A DNA stretch of 63,629 bases from Polaribacter sp. (GCA_049607505.1 JBMYWO010000001.1:1-63629), one strand, 5' to 3'; positions 18,282 to 28,872 are shown, counted from the first letter of the stretch. The notes: generated by a model not told the origin, from the sequence alone. Translations and numbers: made by a program.

Positions 18282-21200
18282 ATGAAGACAAAGTTTAATG
18301 GGATTTTAACGCTTTTATTGGCGTTTGTTGTGCAAATTTCGTTTGCACAAGAAAAAACTATTTCGGGTACAGTTTCAGAGGAATCTGGAAGTTTGCCTGG
18401 AGTTAGTATATTAAAAAAAGGAACAACAACAGGTACAGAAACTGATTTTGATGGAAATTATTCTATTAAAGCAAGTGTTGGCGATGTTTTAGTTTTTAGA
18501 TATTTAGGATACACTCCTGTTGAAAGAACAGTTGGTGCGTCTAACACCATTAATGTTAGAATGGTTGTAGATGAAAACAATGTGTTAGATGAAGTTGTTG
18601 TAGTGGGTTATGGTACCACAACAAAAAGAGCCTATGCGGGTACTGCAGCAACAGTAAAAGCAGAAAACTTGGAAGCTAAATCTTTTTCTAATGTTACACA
18701 AGCATTAACTGGTGAAGTTGCAGGGGTTACTGTCATTAATACTTCTGGACAACCAGGAACCATTGGTACGATACGTGTTAGAGGTTATGGTTCTCCATTA
18801 GGTAATCGTACTCCTCTATATGTAGTAGATGGTATTCCTTTTTCCGGAAATTTCGATTTAAATTCGATTAACCCATCAGATATTAAAAACACTACTGTAT
18901 TAAAAGATGCAACAGCTACAGCTATTTATGGTTCTAGAGGTGCCAATGGAGTTGTAGTAATTACTACAAAGGCAGGTTCTTCTAGAGAAACAGGTTATAT
19001 TGAAGTAGATGTAAAATCTGGTGTTAATTTTCAATCTATTCCTAGGTATGATGTAGTAACTTCTCCAGAAGAATATATAGGTTATGTTTGGGAAGGATTA
19101 TTTAATAGAGCAACGGTAAACCCAGGTGATATCCCTGCAAGTTTAGGTGGAGATGCAATAGCCTATGCTAACCTTGCATTATTTGGTGGCACAACTGGTG
19201 TAGTAGGTGAAACTATTCCTGTTGGTGCTGGTGCTGGTTATAACATGTGGGATGTTCCTAATGTAGCTGCTTTGATTAATCCTGCAACAAAATCTGTAAG
19301 AAACGGTGTTAGTAGATTATTTACACCTGAAAAATATGCAGATTTAGCTTTTGGAACTGGAATTAGAACAGAAACTAATCTACGTATTGGAGGAGGCTCA
19401 GAAAAATCTAGATATTTTGCCTCAATTGGTTACCTTAACGATAAAGGATACTCTCTTAATTCAGATTTTAAAAGATATACTACAAGATTGAATTTATCCT
19501 CTAATGTAAAAGAGTGGTTAAAAGTAGGTGCTAATATAGGATATTCTTATTCTGAAAGTTCTAATAATGGTCAGATAGCAGGTTCAGAAAACCTTTTTGA
19601 ATTTGCAGATAAAATGGCGCCTATTTACCCAGTTTTTGCAAGATTTCCTAATACTGCGAATTTAATTCCTGACCCAGTTTTTGGCGGATTTCAATATGAT
19701 TATGGTTCTCCTACTTCAGATATTAATAATTTTGGTTTCGAAAGAGCTCGTCCAAATGCTAACCTTGTAAATCCTATTGGTTCTGCAGTATTAGATTCTG
19801 ATGGTAGAGATACTCATTCTGTAAATGGTAACTTATCAGCCCAGTTTATATTAACAGATGAACTTTCTTTTGAAACAAAAATTGGAGGTCAATATTCTTT
19901 TGAAAGAAGAAACAATGCTACAAACCATATTTATGGTACAGGACGTGGTTCAAATGGGCTTATTACTGTACGTGATAGAGTAAGGTGGTCTAAAACATTA
20001 CAACAACTTTTACGATATAAGAAATCTTTTGGAAACAATAATATAGATGCTTTATTTGGATATGAAACGTTTGAAAGAAGTTTTACACAATCTAGAGTAT
20101 TCAAACAAAATGTAATATTACCAGGAATTTTTACCTTAAGTAATTATTTAGAAACTTCTTCTCCAGCAGATGGTTATGAAGATGGATCTGGTATAGAATC
20201 TTATTTTTCACAAGTTAATTATAACTATGATGGTAAATACTTTTTAACAGGATCTATTAGAACAGATGGTTCATCTCGTTTTATAAACGACAAATGGGGT
20301 ATATTTGGTTCTGTGGGTGCTGCTTGGGTGCTTAGTGAAGAAGATTTTATGCAGGATAGTTTTATCTCTTATTTAAAACTAAAAGCTTCTTATGGTGTAA
20401 CAGGAGACCAACAAGGTGTTACTTCTAGCCGTAGTTTTGATACTTTTAATTCTGATTTTATTGGGAACAGTTTAGCGCTTAGTTTAGCATTAAATGGTAA
20501 TCCAGATTTAACTTGGGAAACTACCAAGCAATTACAAGGTGGTTTAGAAATGAGTTTTGGTAATTATTTAGATGCTAATTTCGATTACTATAGAAAAAAT
20601 ACAGATAACCTATTCTTTAATCAAAGAGTTGGACCTTCTGGAGGTTTATCAAGTATATTGGTAAATGATGGTGAAGTATTAAATGCAGGTTTTGAGTTTG
20701 ACCTTACTGGTCATATCATAAAAACGGAAGACTTTAGTTTAGATTTATCTATTAATGGAGAGGTGCTTAAGAATGAAATGCTTAATATGCCAATAGACCC
20801 TTCTACTGGAAGTCAAAAAATTATTGACTCTGGTTCTAGTTTAGATGGTTCGTATGCATTTGCTGTAGGACGTTCTATATTTGATTTTTATATGAGAGAA
20901 TGGGCTGGTGTAGATCCATCTGACGGTGCACCAATGTGGTATCAATACTATGATGATTTGAATAATAATAATGTTGCAGACCCAGGTGAACCTGGGTATA
21001 CAGGTGAAAATACTATTACTAGTGATGATGTTGGGTTTAATGTGTTAGATGCTAATGGACTTAATACAAATACGTCTTCTTCACTTTTTGAATATAGACA
21101 ATTAGTTTCTAGTACTAACATAAAAAGACAAGTAACAAAATTTTATGCAAATTCAACACAAGTATTTATCAATAAGACTTTGATTCCAAAGGTAAGAGGA

Positions 21201-21677
21201 GCATTTAGATTGGCGGGTAAAATCAAAAATTTCGATTTTTCTACTCAATTTACATACAGTTATGGTGGGTATGCTTATGATGGGCAATATGCAGAATTAA
21301 TGAGTGATCGTTTTGGAGCTGCTGGAAATAACTTTCATAAAGATATTGCTAATAGATGGCAAAACCCTGGAGATATTACGGATGTTCCTTTATTATCTGA
21401 TAATGCCATTACAAATTCAACATCACAGTCAACTCGTTTTATTACGAGTACTGATTATATAGCGCTAAACAATGCAAGGATTGGTTATACTGTACCTAGT
21501 ACATTTATATCAAATGCTGGTATTGATGGGATAAACGTTTGGCTTTCAGGAGATAACCTTTTCACTTCAACAGCAAGAAATGGTTTTAATCCTTCAGTTA
21601 CAGAAACAGGAAGTTCAGCACGTAGAATTTATGCACCCGCTACAACAGTTACAATGGGTGTTAGAGTTAAATTTTAA
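18282..21677 (+). CDS. SusC/RagA-family TonB-dependent transporter (pair 3)
   Basis: VLKDATATAIYGSRGANGVVVITTK; ATG 18282 (MKTKFNG) parallels the other two SusC starts. Confidence 0.95.
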   Translation: MKTKFNGILTLLLAFVVQISFAQEKTISGTVSEESGSLPGVSILKKGTTTGTETDFDGNYSIKASVGDVLVFRYLGYTPVERTVGASNTINVRMVVDENNVLDEVVVVGYGTTTKRAYAGTAATVKAENLEAKSFSNVTQALTGEVAGVTVINTSGQPGTIGTIRVRGYGSPLGNRTPLYVVDGIPFSGNFDLNSINPSDIKNTTVLKDATATAIYGSRGANGVVVITTKAGSSRETGYIEVDVKSGVNFQSIPRYDVVTSPEEYIGYVWEGLFNRATVNPGDIPASLGGDAIAYANLALFGGTTGVVGETIPVGAGAGYNMWDVPNVAALINPATKSVRNGVSRLFTPEKYADLAFGTGIRTETNLRIGGGSEKSRYFASIGYLNDKGYSLNSDFKRYTTRLNLSSNVKEWLKVGANIGYSYSESSNNGQIAGSENLFEFADKMAPIYPVFARFPNTANLIPDPVFGGFQYDYGSPTSDINNFGFERARPNANLVNPIGSAVLDSDGRDTHSVNGNLSAQFILTDELSFETKIGGQYSFERRNNATNHIYGTGRGSNGLITVRDRVRWSKTLQQLLRYKKSFGNNNIDALFGYETFERSFTQSRVFKQNVILPGIFTLSNYLETSSPADGYEDGSGIESYFSQVNYNYDGKYFLTGSIRTDGSSRFINDKWGIFGSVGAAWVLSEEDFMQDSFISYLKLKASYGVTGDQQGVTSSRSFDTFNSDFIGNSLALSLALNGNPDLTWETTKQLQGGLEMSFGNYLDANFDYYRKNTDNLFFNQRVGPSGGLSSILVNDGEVLNAGFEFDLTGHIIKTEDFSLDLSINGEVLKNEMLNMPIDPSTGSQKIIDSGSSLDGSYAFAVGRSIFDFYMREWAGVDPSDGAPMWYQYYDDLNNNNVADPGEPGYTGENTITSDDVGFNVLDANGLNTNTSSSLFEYRQLVSSTNIKRQVTKFYANSTQVFINKTLIPKVRGAFRLAGKIKNFDFSTQFTYSYGGYAYDGQYAELMSDRFGAAGNNFHKDIANRWQNPGDITDVPLLSDNAITNSTSQSTRFITSTDYIALNNARIGYTVPSTFISNAGIDGINVWLSGDNLFTSTARNGFNPSVTETGSSARRIYAPATTVTMGVRVKF

Positions 21678-21699
21678 TATATAAAATAAAAAACGTACA

Positions 21700-23223
21700 A
21701 TGAAGAAATTTTTTAAACTAATAGTATTAACTGCAATTGTAAGTATTACATACAGTTGTAGTGAGGATTTACTAGACAATAGTGGTGATTCTGAATCAAG
21801 TCAACCAACACAGAACCTTACCTCTTCTCAATTAGAGTCTGGAACTATTACAAACCCTGGAATACCAGCTGCCTTTGTAAATGGTATTTATGCACAGATG
21901 ATTCAAACTCAAACTGGTGGAACAACTGGTCATGATGATTTTGGACATAAATCTTATGATGTATTTAGCGATATGCTATCTGGAGATATGGCTTTAAGTG
22001 TAAGTACTTATGGTTGGTATAGAGCAAGTATTACTGAGTATCAAGCAGGTGAAAACTTTACCTTTGCAGATAACAGACAAGTGTGGAGATTTTACTATAG
22101 AATTGTTAGATCTGCTAATACTGTAATACAAAGTTTAGGAGGTAACGATGCTATACCAGATGTTGACGAAAATAAATATGCTATGGGGCAAGCAAAAGCT
22201 TTACGTGCCTATGCATACTTCTACTTGACTCAATTTTATCAAAAAGAGTACAATGCATCTGAAGCTATATTGCCTATGTATACAGAGCCAATCAGTAGTA
22301 ATTTACCAAAATCTACCGCAGGTGAAGTTTATGATTTAATGGAAAAAGATTTAACAGATGCTTTATCTTTATTAAACGGTTTCAATAGAACTGCAAAAAA
22401 TGAAATAAATGTAGATATTGCAAGAGGTCTTTTAGGATATGTTTTAGGAGCCAAAGGTGGTAGAGATGCAGAAGTTGCAACGCTTACACAAGCTGTAATT
22501 AGTTCAGGAGGTTATACAATGTTAGCTCAAAGCGAATTAGTTGCTGCCGCTGGTGGATTAAATGGTTTTGATGATGTAAGCTCACCAAGTTGGATGTGGG
22601 GTATAGACATTACAGAAACAAATGGACTAGGATTAGTTTCTTGGTGGGGTCAAGTAGATTCTTGGTCGTATAGCTATGCATGGGCAGGTGATTATAAAGC
22701 CATAGATAAAGCTTTATATGATGCAATTCCTAGTAATGATTATAGAAAAGCCCAATTCTTTGCAAACTCAAGTAGTGGTAGATATCTACAACCTTTGTAC
22801 AAATTTAGGGCTTCGGATGTAATTGGCGGAGAATCTCAAACAGTTACTGCAGACTATGTATATATGCGTATAGAAGAAATGTATTTATTAAATGCTGAAG
22901 CAAATGCTAGAGCAGGTAATGACGGTGCAGCAAGAACTAGCTTAAAAGCTTTAATGAATAGAAGAGTACCTGACGCATCTTATGTAGATGGTTTAAGTGG
23001 ACAAGCCCTAAAAGACGAGATTTATTTACAAACTCGTATTGAGTTATGGGGCGAAGGAAAAAGTTATTTAGCTATGAAACGTAACAAAGCAACTGTTACA
23101 AGAGGTGCTAACCATTTATCTTTTGTAGGTACACCTATTCCTTATAATGACGAAAGAATGCAATTTGAAATTCCTTTAGATGAAATTCAAAACAATCCTT
23201 TTGTTTCAAATCAAAATCAATAA
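21700..23223 (+). CDS. RagB/SusD-family lipoprotein (pair 3)
   Basis: Lipobox TYSC, ALRAYAYFYL, MRIEEMYLLNAEA, RIELWGEG. Confidence 0.92.
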   Translation: MKKFFKLIVLTAIVSITYSCSEDLLDNSGDSESSQPTQNLTSSQLESGTITNPGIPAAFVNGIYAQMIQTQTGGTTGHDDFGHKSYDVFSDMLSGDMALSVSTYGWYRASITEYQAGENFTFADNRQVWRFYYRIVRSANTVIQSLGGNDAIPDVDENKYAMGQAKALRAYAYFYLTQFYQKEYNASEAILPMYTEPISSNLPKSTAGEVYDLMEKDLTDALSLLNGFNRTAKNEINVDIARGLLGYVLGAKGGRDAEVATLTQAVISSGGYTMLAQSELVAAAGGLNGFDDVSSPSWMWGIDITETNGLGLVSWWGQVDSWSYSYAWAGDYKAIDKALYDAIPSNDYRKAQFFANSSSGRYLQPLYKFRASDVIGGESQTVTADYVYMRIEEMYLLNAEANARAGNDGAARTSLKALMNRRVPDASYVDGLSGQALKDEIYLQTRIELWGEGKSYLAMKRNKATVTRGANHLSFVGTPIPYNDERMQFEIPLDEIQNNPFVSNQNQ

Positions 23224-23232
23224 AATAATGAT

Positions 23233-23265
23233 AACCAATCATTATCTAGATAATGATTGGTTTTT
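23233..23265 (+). terminator. Perfect 30-bp palindrome plus T-run (terminator/attenuator)
   Basis: AACCAATCATTATCTAGATAATGATTGGTT followed by TTT. Confidence 0.65.
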
Positions 23266-23280
23266 AAACTTTTAAGTAAA

Positions 23281-24006
23281 ATGAAAAAAATAAAATTACT
23301 TTTAATTGCTTTCTCAGTTTTTGCATTACAAAGTTGTGAAGATTTAGTAGAAGCTCCACAAACTCCTTATGCAACATTTAATGTAAATTCTGATGATTTT
23401 GGTGTTGAAATTGGTACCCAAGAAACAAAAGAATATACAGTTTATACTGCCAATGTAACGAATACAGAAAGAACAATTACTGTAAGTGTTGTAGCTAATG
23501 AAACTGATGCAGATCCTGCATCTTATACAGTGCCAACAACTTTAACAATACCTGCAGGTTCTAATTCAGCTACACTTCCAGTTACAGTACAAGATATAAA
23601 TCTTGACGAGGATAAGAAATTAGTAATAAAACTTGAACAAACTGAAAATTTATTTACAGGTGAGAAATTAACTTTAAATATTTCACAACTTTGTCCAACT
23701 GGAGAATCTAAAGTAAAGATAACCCTTACTTTTGATGATTGGCCTGAAGAAGTTTACTGGAGGTTAATAAACTCAAATGGAGTTACTGTTTATGCGAGTG
23801 CTGATACACCTGTTTATGGTGCTTATGCTGGAATGACAGGTAGTATCACTGAAGGAGGATGTTTACCTTCTGACACTTATACAATAGACATATATGATTC
23901 TTATGGAGATGGAGGTACAGAATACTCTGTTACAGTTAATGGTGTTTCTGTATATAGTTTATCTGGAAATTATGGAGGCGGTACATCTGCGGCATTTACT
24001 TTCTAA
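23281..24006 (+). CDS. SusCD-associated surface lipoprotein with Ig-like domains
   Basis: Lipobox LQSC; TLTIPAGS Ig/Calx-like motif; C-terminal YTIDIYDSYGDG. Confidence 0.75.
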   Translation: MKKIKLLLIAFSVFALQSCEDLVEAPQTPYATFNVNSDDFGVEIGTQETKEYTVYTANVTNTERTITVSVVANETDADPASYTVPTTLTIPAGSNSATLPVTVQDINLDEDKKLVIKLEQTENLFTGEKLTLNISQLCPTGESKVKITLTFDDWPEEVYWRLINSNGVTVYASADTPVYGAYAGMTGSITEGGCLPSDTYTIDIYDSYGDGGTEYSVTVNGVSVYSLSGNYGGGTSAAFTF

Positions 24007-24025
24007 TCAAAAGAAAATAATTTAT

Positions 24026-24055
24026 AAAACCACTTCTTAAGAAGTGGTTTTTTTT
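24026..24055 (+). terminator. Rho-independent terminator
   Basis: AAAACCACTTCT-TA-AGAAGTGGTTTT plus T-run. Confidence 0.8.
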
Positions 24056-24085
24056 ATGCCTAAACTTTTTATGTACTTTTGCAAT

Positions 24086-24841
24086 ATGATAAAAGAAACA
24101 ACAAATATCTTTGGTATTAGAGCTATTATTGAAGCTATAGAAAGTGGTTCTACCATTAATAAAGTATATCTACAAAAAGGCTTAAGAGGCAATCTTTTCT
24201 ATGAACTAGAGAAACTTATTAAAGAAAAAAAAATCTCTATAAGTATGGTACCTATAGAGAAGTTACATAGATTGTCTAAAAACAATAACCATCAAGGAGC
24301 AGTTGCTCAAATATCTCCTATTGAATTTTATGATTTAGAAACTCTAATTGAGAAAACGATAGAAGAAGAAAAAAAACCTTTATTTTTATTATTAGATCAA
24401 CTTTCAGATGTACGTAATTTTGGGGCTATCATCAGAACCGCAGAATGTACAGGTGTTCATGGAATTATTATTCAAAAAAATGGAAGTGCACCTGTGAATG
24501 CAGAAACTATAAAAACTTCGGCGGGTGCCGCTTTTAAAGTCCCTATTTGCAGAGTAGATCATATAAAAGACGCTTTGTTTGTCTTACAAGCTTCAGATAT
24601 AAAAACAGTTGCGGCAACAGAAAAAACAGACAGTTCCGTTTTTGATGTTAATTTGAATCAACCCATAGCCATTGTCGTAGGTTCAGAACATAGAGGTGTA
24701 AACCCTTCCATATTAAAAATGGTCGATTATAAAGCAAAATTACCACTACTTGGCGAGATAAAATCTCTAAATGTTTCTGTGGCTTGCGGTGCTTTTTTAT
24801 ATGAAACCGTGAGGCAACGAATAGAGGAGGAGGGGAGTTAG
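24086..24841 (+). CDS. rlmB: 23S rRNA (guanosine-2'-O)-methyltransferase RlmB (SpoU family)
   Basis: HQG, DVRNFGAIIRTAE, GSE, SLNVSVA motifs; TACTTTTG promoter at 24074-24081 favours ATG 24086. Confidence 0.92.
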   Translation: MIKETTNIFGIRAIIEAIESGSTINKVYLQKGLRGNLFYELEKLIKEKKISISMVPIEKLHRLSKNNNHQGAVAQISPIEFYDLETLIEKTIEEEKKPLFLLLDQLSDVRNFGAIIRTAECTGVHGIIIQKNGSAPVNAETIKTSAGAAFKVPICRVDHIKDALFVLQASDIKTVAATEKTDSSVFDVNLNQPIAIVVGSEHRGVNPSILKMVDYKAKLPLLGEIKSLNVSVACGAFLYETVRQRIEEEGS

Positions 24842-24877
24842 AAGTTTGGAAGTTTTGGAAGTTTTGGAAGTTGGAAA
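24841..24877. repeat. Short tandem repeat (GAAGTTTTG-like, about 4 copies)
   Basis: gaagtttg gaagttttg gaagttttg gaagttg between convergent genes. Confidence 0.7.
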
Positions 24878-24910
24878 ATATTACTGGTTTACACTCTCTT
24901 TGGTTGTGTC

Positions 24911-25975
24911 TTAAATGAGTTGAAAATATTTTCTTTGTTGAGTTTTTATTATCCATTTTTTAGTCCTATTATATCGTAATGTTCCATTCTTTACTTCTAA
25001 CGGACTTTCAAAATTATTAGCAAATAAACCTCCCGTTCCTAGTCCTTGAACCATTTTATTTTGCAATGTATAAGTAAATTGTGCAATAGCATTTAAACCA
25101 ATATTACTTTCTAAAGCAGAGGTAATCCACCAACCAATCTTGTTTTCTGTTGCTAAATGAATCCATTCTTTGCTTCCAGAAAAACCACCAATCAAACTTG
25201 GTTTTAATATAATGTATTGTGGGCGAATAGTTTGCATCAGATTCCTTTTTTCTTCCGATGAAAATACGCCTATAAGTTCCTCGTCTAGAGCAATCGGAAT
25301 GGGCGTTTTTGCACATAAATTTGCCATCTCTTGAAGCTGACCTTGTTTGATAGGTTGCTCTATAGAATGAATTTGTAAATCTGATAAATAGTTTAATTTC
25401 TCTAATGCTTCTTTAGGATGAAATGCCCCGTTTGCGTCCACTCGTAATTCGAGTTCTGTTGCCGAAAATTGTTTTCTAATTGACTGTAATAATGCCAGTT
25501 CTTTTTCAAAATTGATAGCACCAATTTTCATTTTAAGCGTTGTAAAACCTTTTTGTAATTTCTCTTTTATTTGCTGTTTCATAAAAGAAATAGCTCCCAT
25601 CCAGATTAAACCATTTATTGGAATTGATTGTTTACCTAACGTAAAATCTGATGGAAATAAATCGAATTTTGATTTACTTTCTAGTGATAAAAAAGCTTGC
25701 TCTAATCCGAATTGAATGGATGGAAATTCAGTGAATTCTTGTAGTAATTTCTCTAATCCTAAATGAATGTTTTTACAAACCCATTGTAGTTTCTTTTCAT
25801 AATTGGGTACATCATCTATGCTTAATCCTCTAAAAAGCCCTGTTTCTCCAATACCAATTTTTGTTTCTTTAGTTAAAACAATAAACCAAGTTTCTTTGGT
25901 TCTTAAAATTCCACGTGAGGTTCCGCTTGGGCTTTTAAAATTTAAAATATATTTATGATAGTTTGCTGTTATCAT
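24911..25975 (-). CDS. menC: o-succinylbenzoate synthase (enolase superfamily)
   Basis: KMKIG, LRVDANG, IEQP, LDEE, ILKP, SALES motifs. Confidence 0.85.
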   Translation of the reverse strand: MITANYHKYILNFKSPSGTSRGILRTKETWFIVLTKETKIGIGETGLFRGLSIDDVPNYEKKLQWVCKNIHLGLEKLLQEFTEFPSIQFGLEQAFLSLESKSKFDLFPSDFTLGKQSIPINGLIWMGAISFMKQQIKEKLQKGFTTLKMKIGAINFEKELALLQSIRKQFSATELELRVDANGAFHPKEALEKLNYLSDLQIHSIEQPIKQGQLQEMANLCAKTPIPIALDEELIGVFSSEEKRNLMQTIRPQYIILKPSLIGGFSGSKEWIHLATENKIGWWITSALESNIGLNAIAQFTYTLQNKMVQGLGTGGLFANNFESPLEVKNGTLRYNRTKKWIIKTQQRKYFQLI

Positions 25976-26060
25976 TTTTAGTAGTATTTATTGTCTTAAC
26001 ACTAACTACATGAAAAAATAAGTATCATTGATTGAAAACCTTGTAAGTATTTCGTTATCA

Positions 26061-26116
26061 AGATTTTTTAGGTTTTTGATACTGAATCAAGTTCAGCATA
26101 AAACCCTGAAAAGTCT
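26061..26116. repeat. Degenerate REP-like palindrome with a second ~21-bp palindromic element at its centre
   Basis: Flanks resemble the perfect palindrome at 61601-61633; centre ATACTGAATCAAGTTCAGCA at 26079-26098. Confidence 0.6.
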
Positions 26117-26137
26117 AAATTTTTATAAATGAAATCA

Positions 26138-26167
26138 AAAAAGCCGAAACAATTGTTTCGGCTTTTT
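26138..26167. terminator. Rho-independent terminator for the OmpA-family gene
   Basis: AAAAAGCCGAAACAATTGTTTCGGCTTTTT palindrome. Confidence 0.8.
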
Positions 26168-26188
26168 ATTTGAATTAAAAAATTATTA

Positions 26189-27286
26189 TTATTGATTAAT
26201 AACTCTAAAAGTTGTTCTTCTATTTCTTCTGTGTTCTGCTTCTGTACAAGAAACACCGTTAGAACATCTATTTGTTAATTTAGACTCTCCAAAACCATTA
26301 CCAGTTAACTGACTTGGGTTTACACCTTTAGAAATCAAATAGTTCGTTACAGCTCTTGCTCTTCTTTCAGATAAGTCTTGATTACTTGATGCAGAACCTC
26401 TTGAATCTGTATGAGACTCAATAGCAACAGCAACACCATCTTTTAAGATAGGCAATAATCTTCCGTCTATAATTCTTTTAGCAGAAGAAGTTAAAGTTGC
26501 ACTACCAAGATTCCAGTTAATTGGTAAAGGGTTGTTGTTTACCAATTCACATTCAACTTCTTTCCAAGTAGTCAAACCTCCTTTACTTACTAAAACCTCT
26601 TTCGTTACAGTTTTATATTTTGCAGCTACATTTACTTCCTCTTTCCAAGCATCTTTTACCAAAACAGTTCTTTTAACACTACCATATACTGGAGGAACTT
26701 CAACAGTTCTTGTTGATGGAGGCGTCGCCATTACTCTTACTGTATATGTTTTTTCAACACCAGGAATAGTTCTAGATACTACACTTGCATCTGAAGCCAA
26801 TTTAGTTAAAGATACTGTTGTAAATCTAGCAGGCACTGGCTTATAACACCAATATCTACAATCATTAGGATCACTAGACTCACAATCTGGAGCTTTTTCA
26901 CTCATTTCCCATCTTGCTGATGCCGCTTTTGTTTCTATAGTTTGACTGTCAGAAACAAATTTAGCATTTACAGCTCTTAATGTATTTGAGTCTTCTTTTG
27001 CTCTGTAAGTAACTGTTCTGGTGTCCCAAACTGCAGGAACAACTACTAAACGTTGACCAGCTTCTTTTACGATAACTCTATCTTTTACCGTTCTATATTG
27101 GGCAGGATGAGTAATAATTCTTTTGTAAGCAGGAGCAATTTCTAAAGTAATGTCTTGATTTTTCCAAACTTCAGGAGTTTTACAGCGTACATAACATTTT
27201 CCTGGTTCTGGGTTATCTGGTAAACCTTGAGCAGAAATTGCAGCTCCAAACATTAAAAATACTCCACTTAGTAAAATTTTTTTCAT
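26189..27286 (-). CDS. OmpA-family peptidoglycan-binding protein with repetitive N-terminal region
   Basis: C-terminal SHTDSRG..SNQDLSERRA...G.GE...NRR; signal peptide; PA.Y.TV...V.VK repeats; TATCTTTG promoter at 27372-27365. Confidence 0.9.
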   Translation of the reverse strand: MKKILLSGVFLMFGAAISAQGLPDNPEPGKCYVRCKTPEVWKNQDITLEIAPAYKRIITHPAQYRTVKDRVIVKEAGQRLVVVPAVWDTRTVTYRAKEDSNTLRAVNAKFVSDSQTIETKAASARWEMSEKAPDCESSDPNDCRYWCYKPVPARFTTVSLTKLASDASVVSRTIPGVEKTYTVRVMATPPSTRTVEVPPVYGSVKRTVLVKDAWKEEVNVAAKYKTVTKEVLVSKGGLTTWKEVECELVNNNPLPINWNLGSATLTSSAKRIIDGRLLPILKDGVAVAIESHTDSRGSASSNQDLSERRARAVTNYLISKGVNPSQLTGNGFGESKLTNRCSNGVSCTEAEHRRNRRTTFRVINQ

Positions 27287-27394
27287 AATAAATTAGTTTT
27301 AATTTTTTGATTTAATATTAATTGTTCTATAAAGTAAGACCCTACTTTTAGTATAAAGTCACAACAAAGATACTAAAAGTTAATATTAAGTTAA

Positions 27395-28309
27395 TTAAAT
27401 ATTCATAATTTTTTTTAACTTATTGAAAAACAAACTTTTAATAATGCCATCTGCTAGACCAATTTTTGGAACATAAATTTTTCTTGCGCCACTCCACTTC
27501 ATAGCTGACAAATAAATTTTTGTTGCTGGTATAATTACATCCGCTCTATCTGGGTTTAAACTTAATTCAGAAATCCTTTCTTGATAGGTCATTTGTTTTA
27601 AAAACTGATATTGTGCATTCAAATAGATAAAAGAAATAGGCTTACCCTCTGTTCTTCCAGACATTTTAAAAAGTTTATTGATATTACCACCAGAACCAAT
27701 TAAAGAAAGTCTTTTTAAACCTTTTGTATTTTCCTTTATCCACTTTTCAACATTCGCATACATTTCTTTATTTACAGATTTTTTATTGTTCAATAAACGA
27801 ACTGTTCCCATTTTAAAGGATTTTGAAGTAACTATTTTTCCGCTAGAAAAAATAGTAAATTCTGTACTACCACCACCAACATCTACATACAGATACGAAT
27901 TGTCACCTTTAATTAGTTCATTCAAATCTGTAGATGAAATAATAGCCGCTTCCTCTTTTCCGTCAATAATATCAATTTTAATTCCTGTTTTTTCTAAAAT
28001 CTTTTTAGCAACTAAAGTTCCATTTTCAGCTTCTCTCATTGCAGAAGTTGCACAGGCTTTATAGCTTTCTACTTTATTAATTTTCATTAATAATTTAAAA
28101 GCCTCCATAGCATCAATCATTTTAGAAACTTTATCATCACCAATAATCCCAGAAACAAAAGCATCTGCTCCTAAACGAATGGGAACACGTACTAAAGAAG
28201 ATTTTTTAAATTGAGGTTCTTTATCTCCATTAACAATAATATTAGATATCAGCAATCTAATTGCATTAGAACCAATATCAATAGCAGCATATTTTTTTAT
28301 TTCTAACAA
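27395..28309 (-). CDS. ppx: Ppx/GppA-family exopolyphosphatase
   Basis: AAIDIGSNAIRL, ATSAMREA, DVGGGSTE, RADVI motifs. Confidence 0.9.
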   Translation of the reverse strand: MLEIKKYAAIDIGSNAIRLLISNIIVNGDKEPQFKKSSLVRVPIRLGADAFVSGIIGDDKVSKMIDAMEAFKLLMKINKVESYKACATSAMREAENGTLVAKKILEKTGIKIDIIDGKEEAAIISSTDLNELIKGDNSYLYVDVGGGSTEFTIFSSGKIVTSKSFKMGTVRLLNNKKSVNKEMYANVEKWIKENTKGLKRLSLIGSGGNINKLFKMSGRTEGKPISFIYLNAQYQFLKQMTYQERISELSLNPDRADVIIPATKIYLSAMKWSGARKIYVPKIGLADGIIKSLFFNKLKKIMNI

Positions 28310-28318
28310 TTTTTTTAT

Positions 28319-28807
28319 TTATTTATGATTTTTAGGAAATTCGACTAGAACAGTTGTTCCTTTTTTAATATTTTTCCAGTGTTTTTCTTCAAAGTTGATT
28401 CCTATAACGCCACAAGTAGAAACATGTGCAATAGGTTTGTCGCCAAATTTATTTACAAAAGTATTGATACCGTGATCATGACTAAAAATGATGGCAGCAC
28501 TAAATCCGTCGTCCAATGCTTTGACTGTTTTTACTAAATACCCGTCACTAAAACTGTATAATTCACTTCTAATCTTTAAGTTAGATAAAGGATATTTAAA
28601 ATTTCTACAAAAAATTACGGCAGTATGTAAGGCTCTATTTGCGATACTTGAAATAAAAATATCTGGACTAGAAATTTTTTTTGATAAAAATTTAGACATT
28701 AAATGTGCATCTTTAATTCCACGTTTTTTTAAAGGTCTATCAATATCTTCAACTCCAGAATATTCCCAAGAAGATTTTGCGTGACGTACAATGTACAGTG
28801 TTTTCAT
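28319..28807 (-). CDS. sixA: SixA-like histidine phosphatase
   Basis: LYIVRHAKSSW...DRPL..RG motif. Confidence 0.85.
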   Translation of the reverse strand: MKTLYIVRHAKSSWEYSGVEDIDRPLKKRGIKDAHLMSKFLSKKISSPDIFISSIANRALHTAVIFCRNFKYPLSNLKIRSELYSFSDGYLVKTVKALDDGFSAAIIFSHDHGINTFVNKFGDKPIAHVSTCGVIGINFEEKHWKNIKKGTTVLVEFPKNHK

Positions 28808-28826
28808 TTAATTGTTTTATGTATTA

Positions 28827-28846
28827 CAAGGGAGCATGCTCCCTTG
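28827..28846. repeat. Perfect 20-bp palindrome between pdxH and sixA
   Basis: CAAGGGAGCATGCTCCCTTG; no U-tract. Confidence 0.6.
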
Positions 28847-28872
28847 CATAAATGCTACTGTAAATATAAAAA

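Noticed and set aside
24841-24877. Phase-variable simple sequence repeat
   Set aside because: Lies between convergent 3' ends and is degenerate; no promoter or frame to modulate. The repeat at 36978 is likewise outside any CDS.
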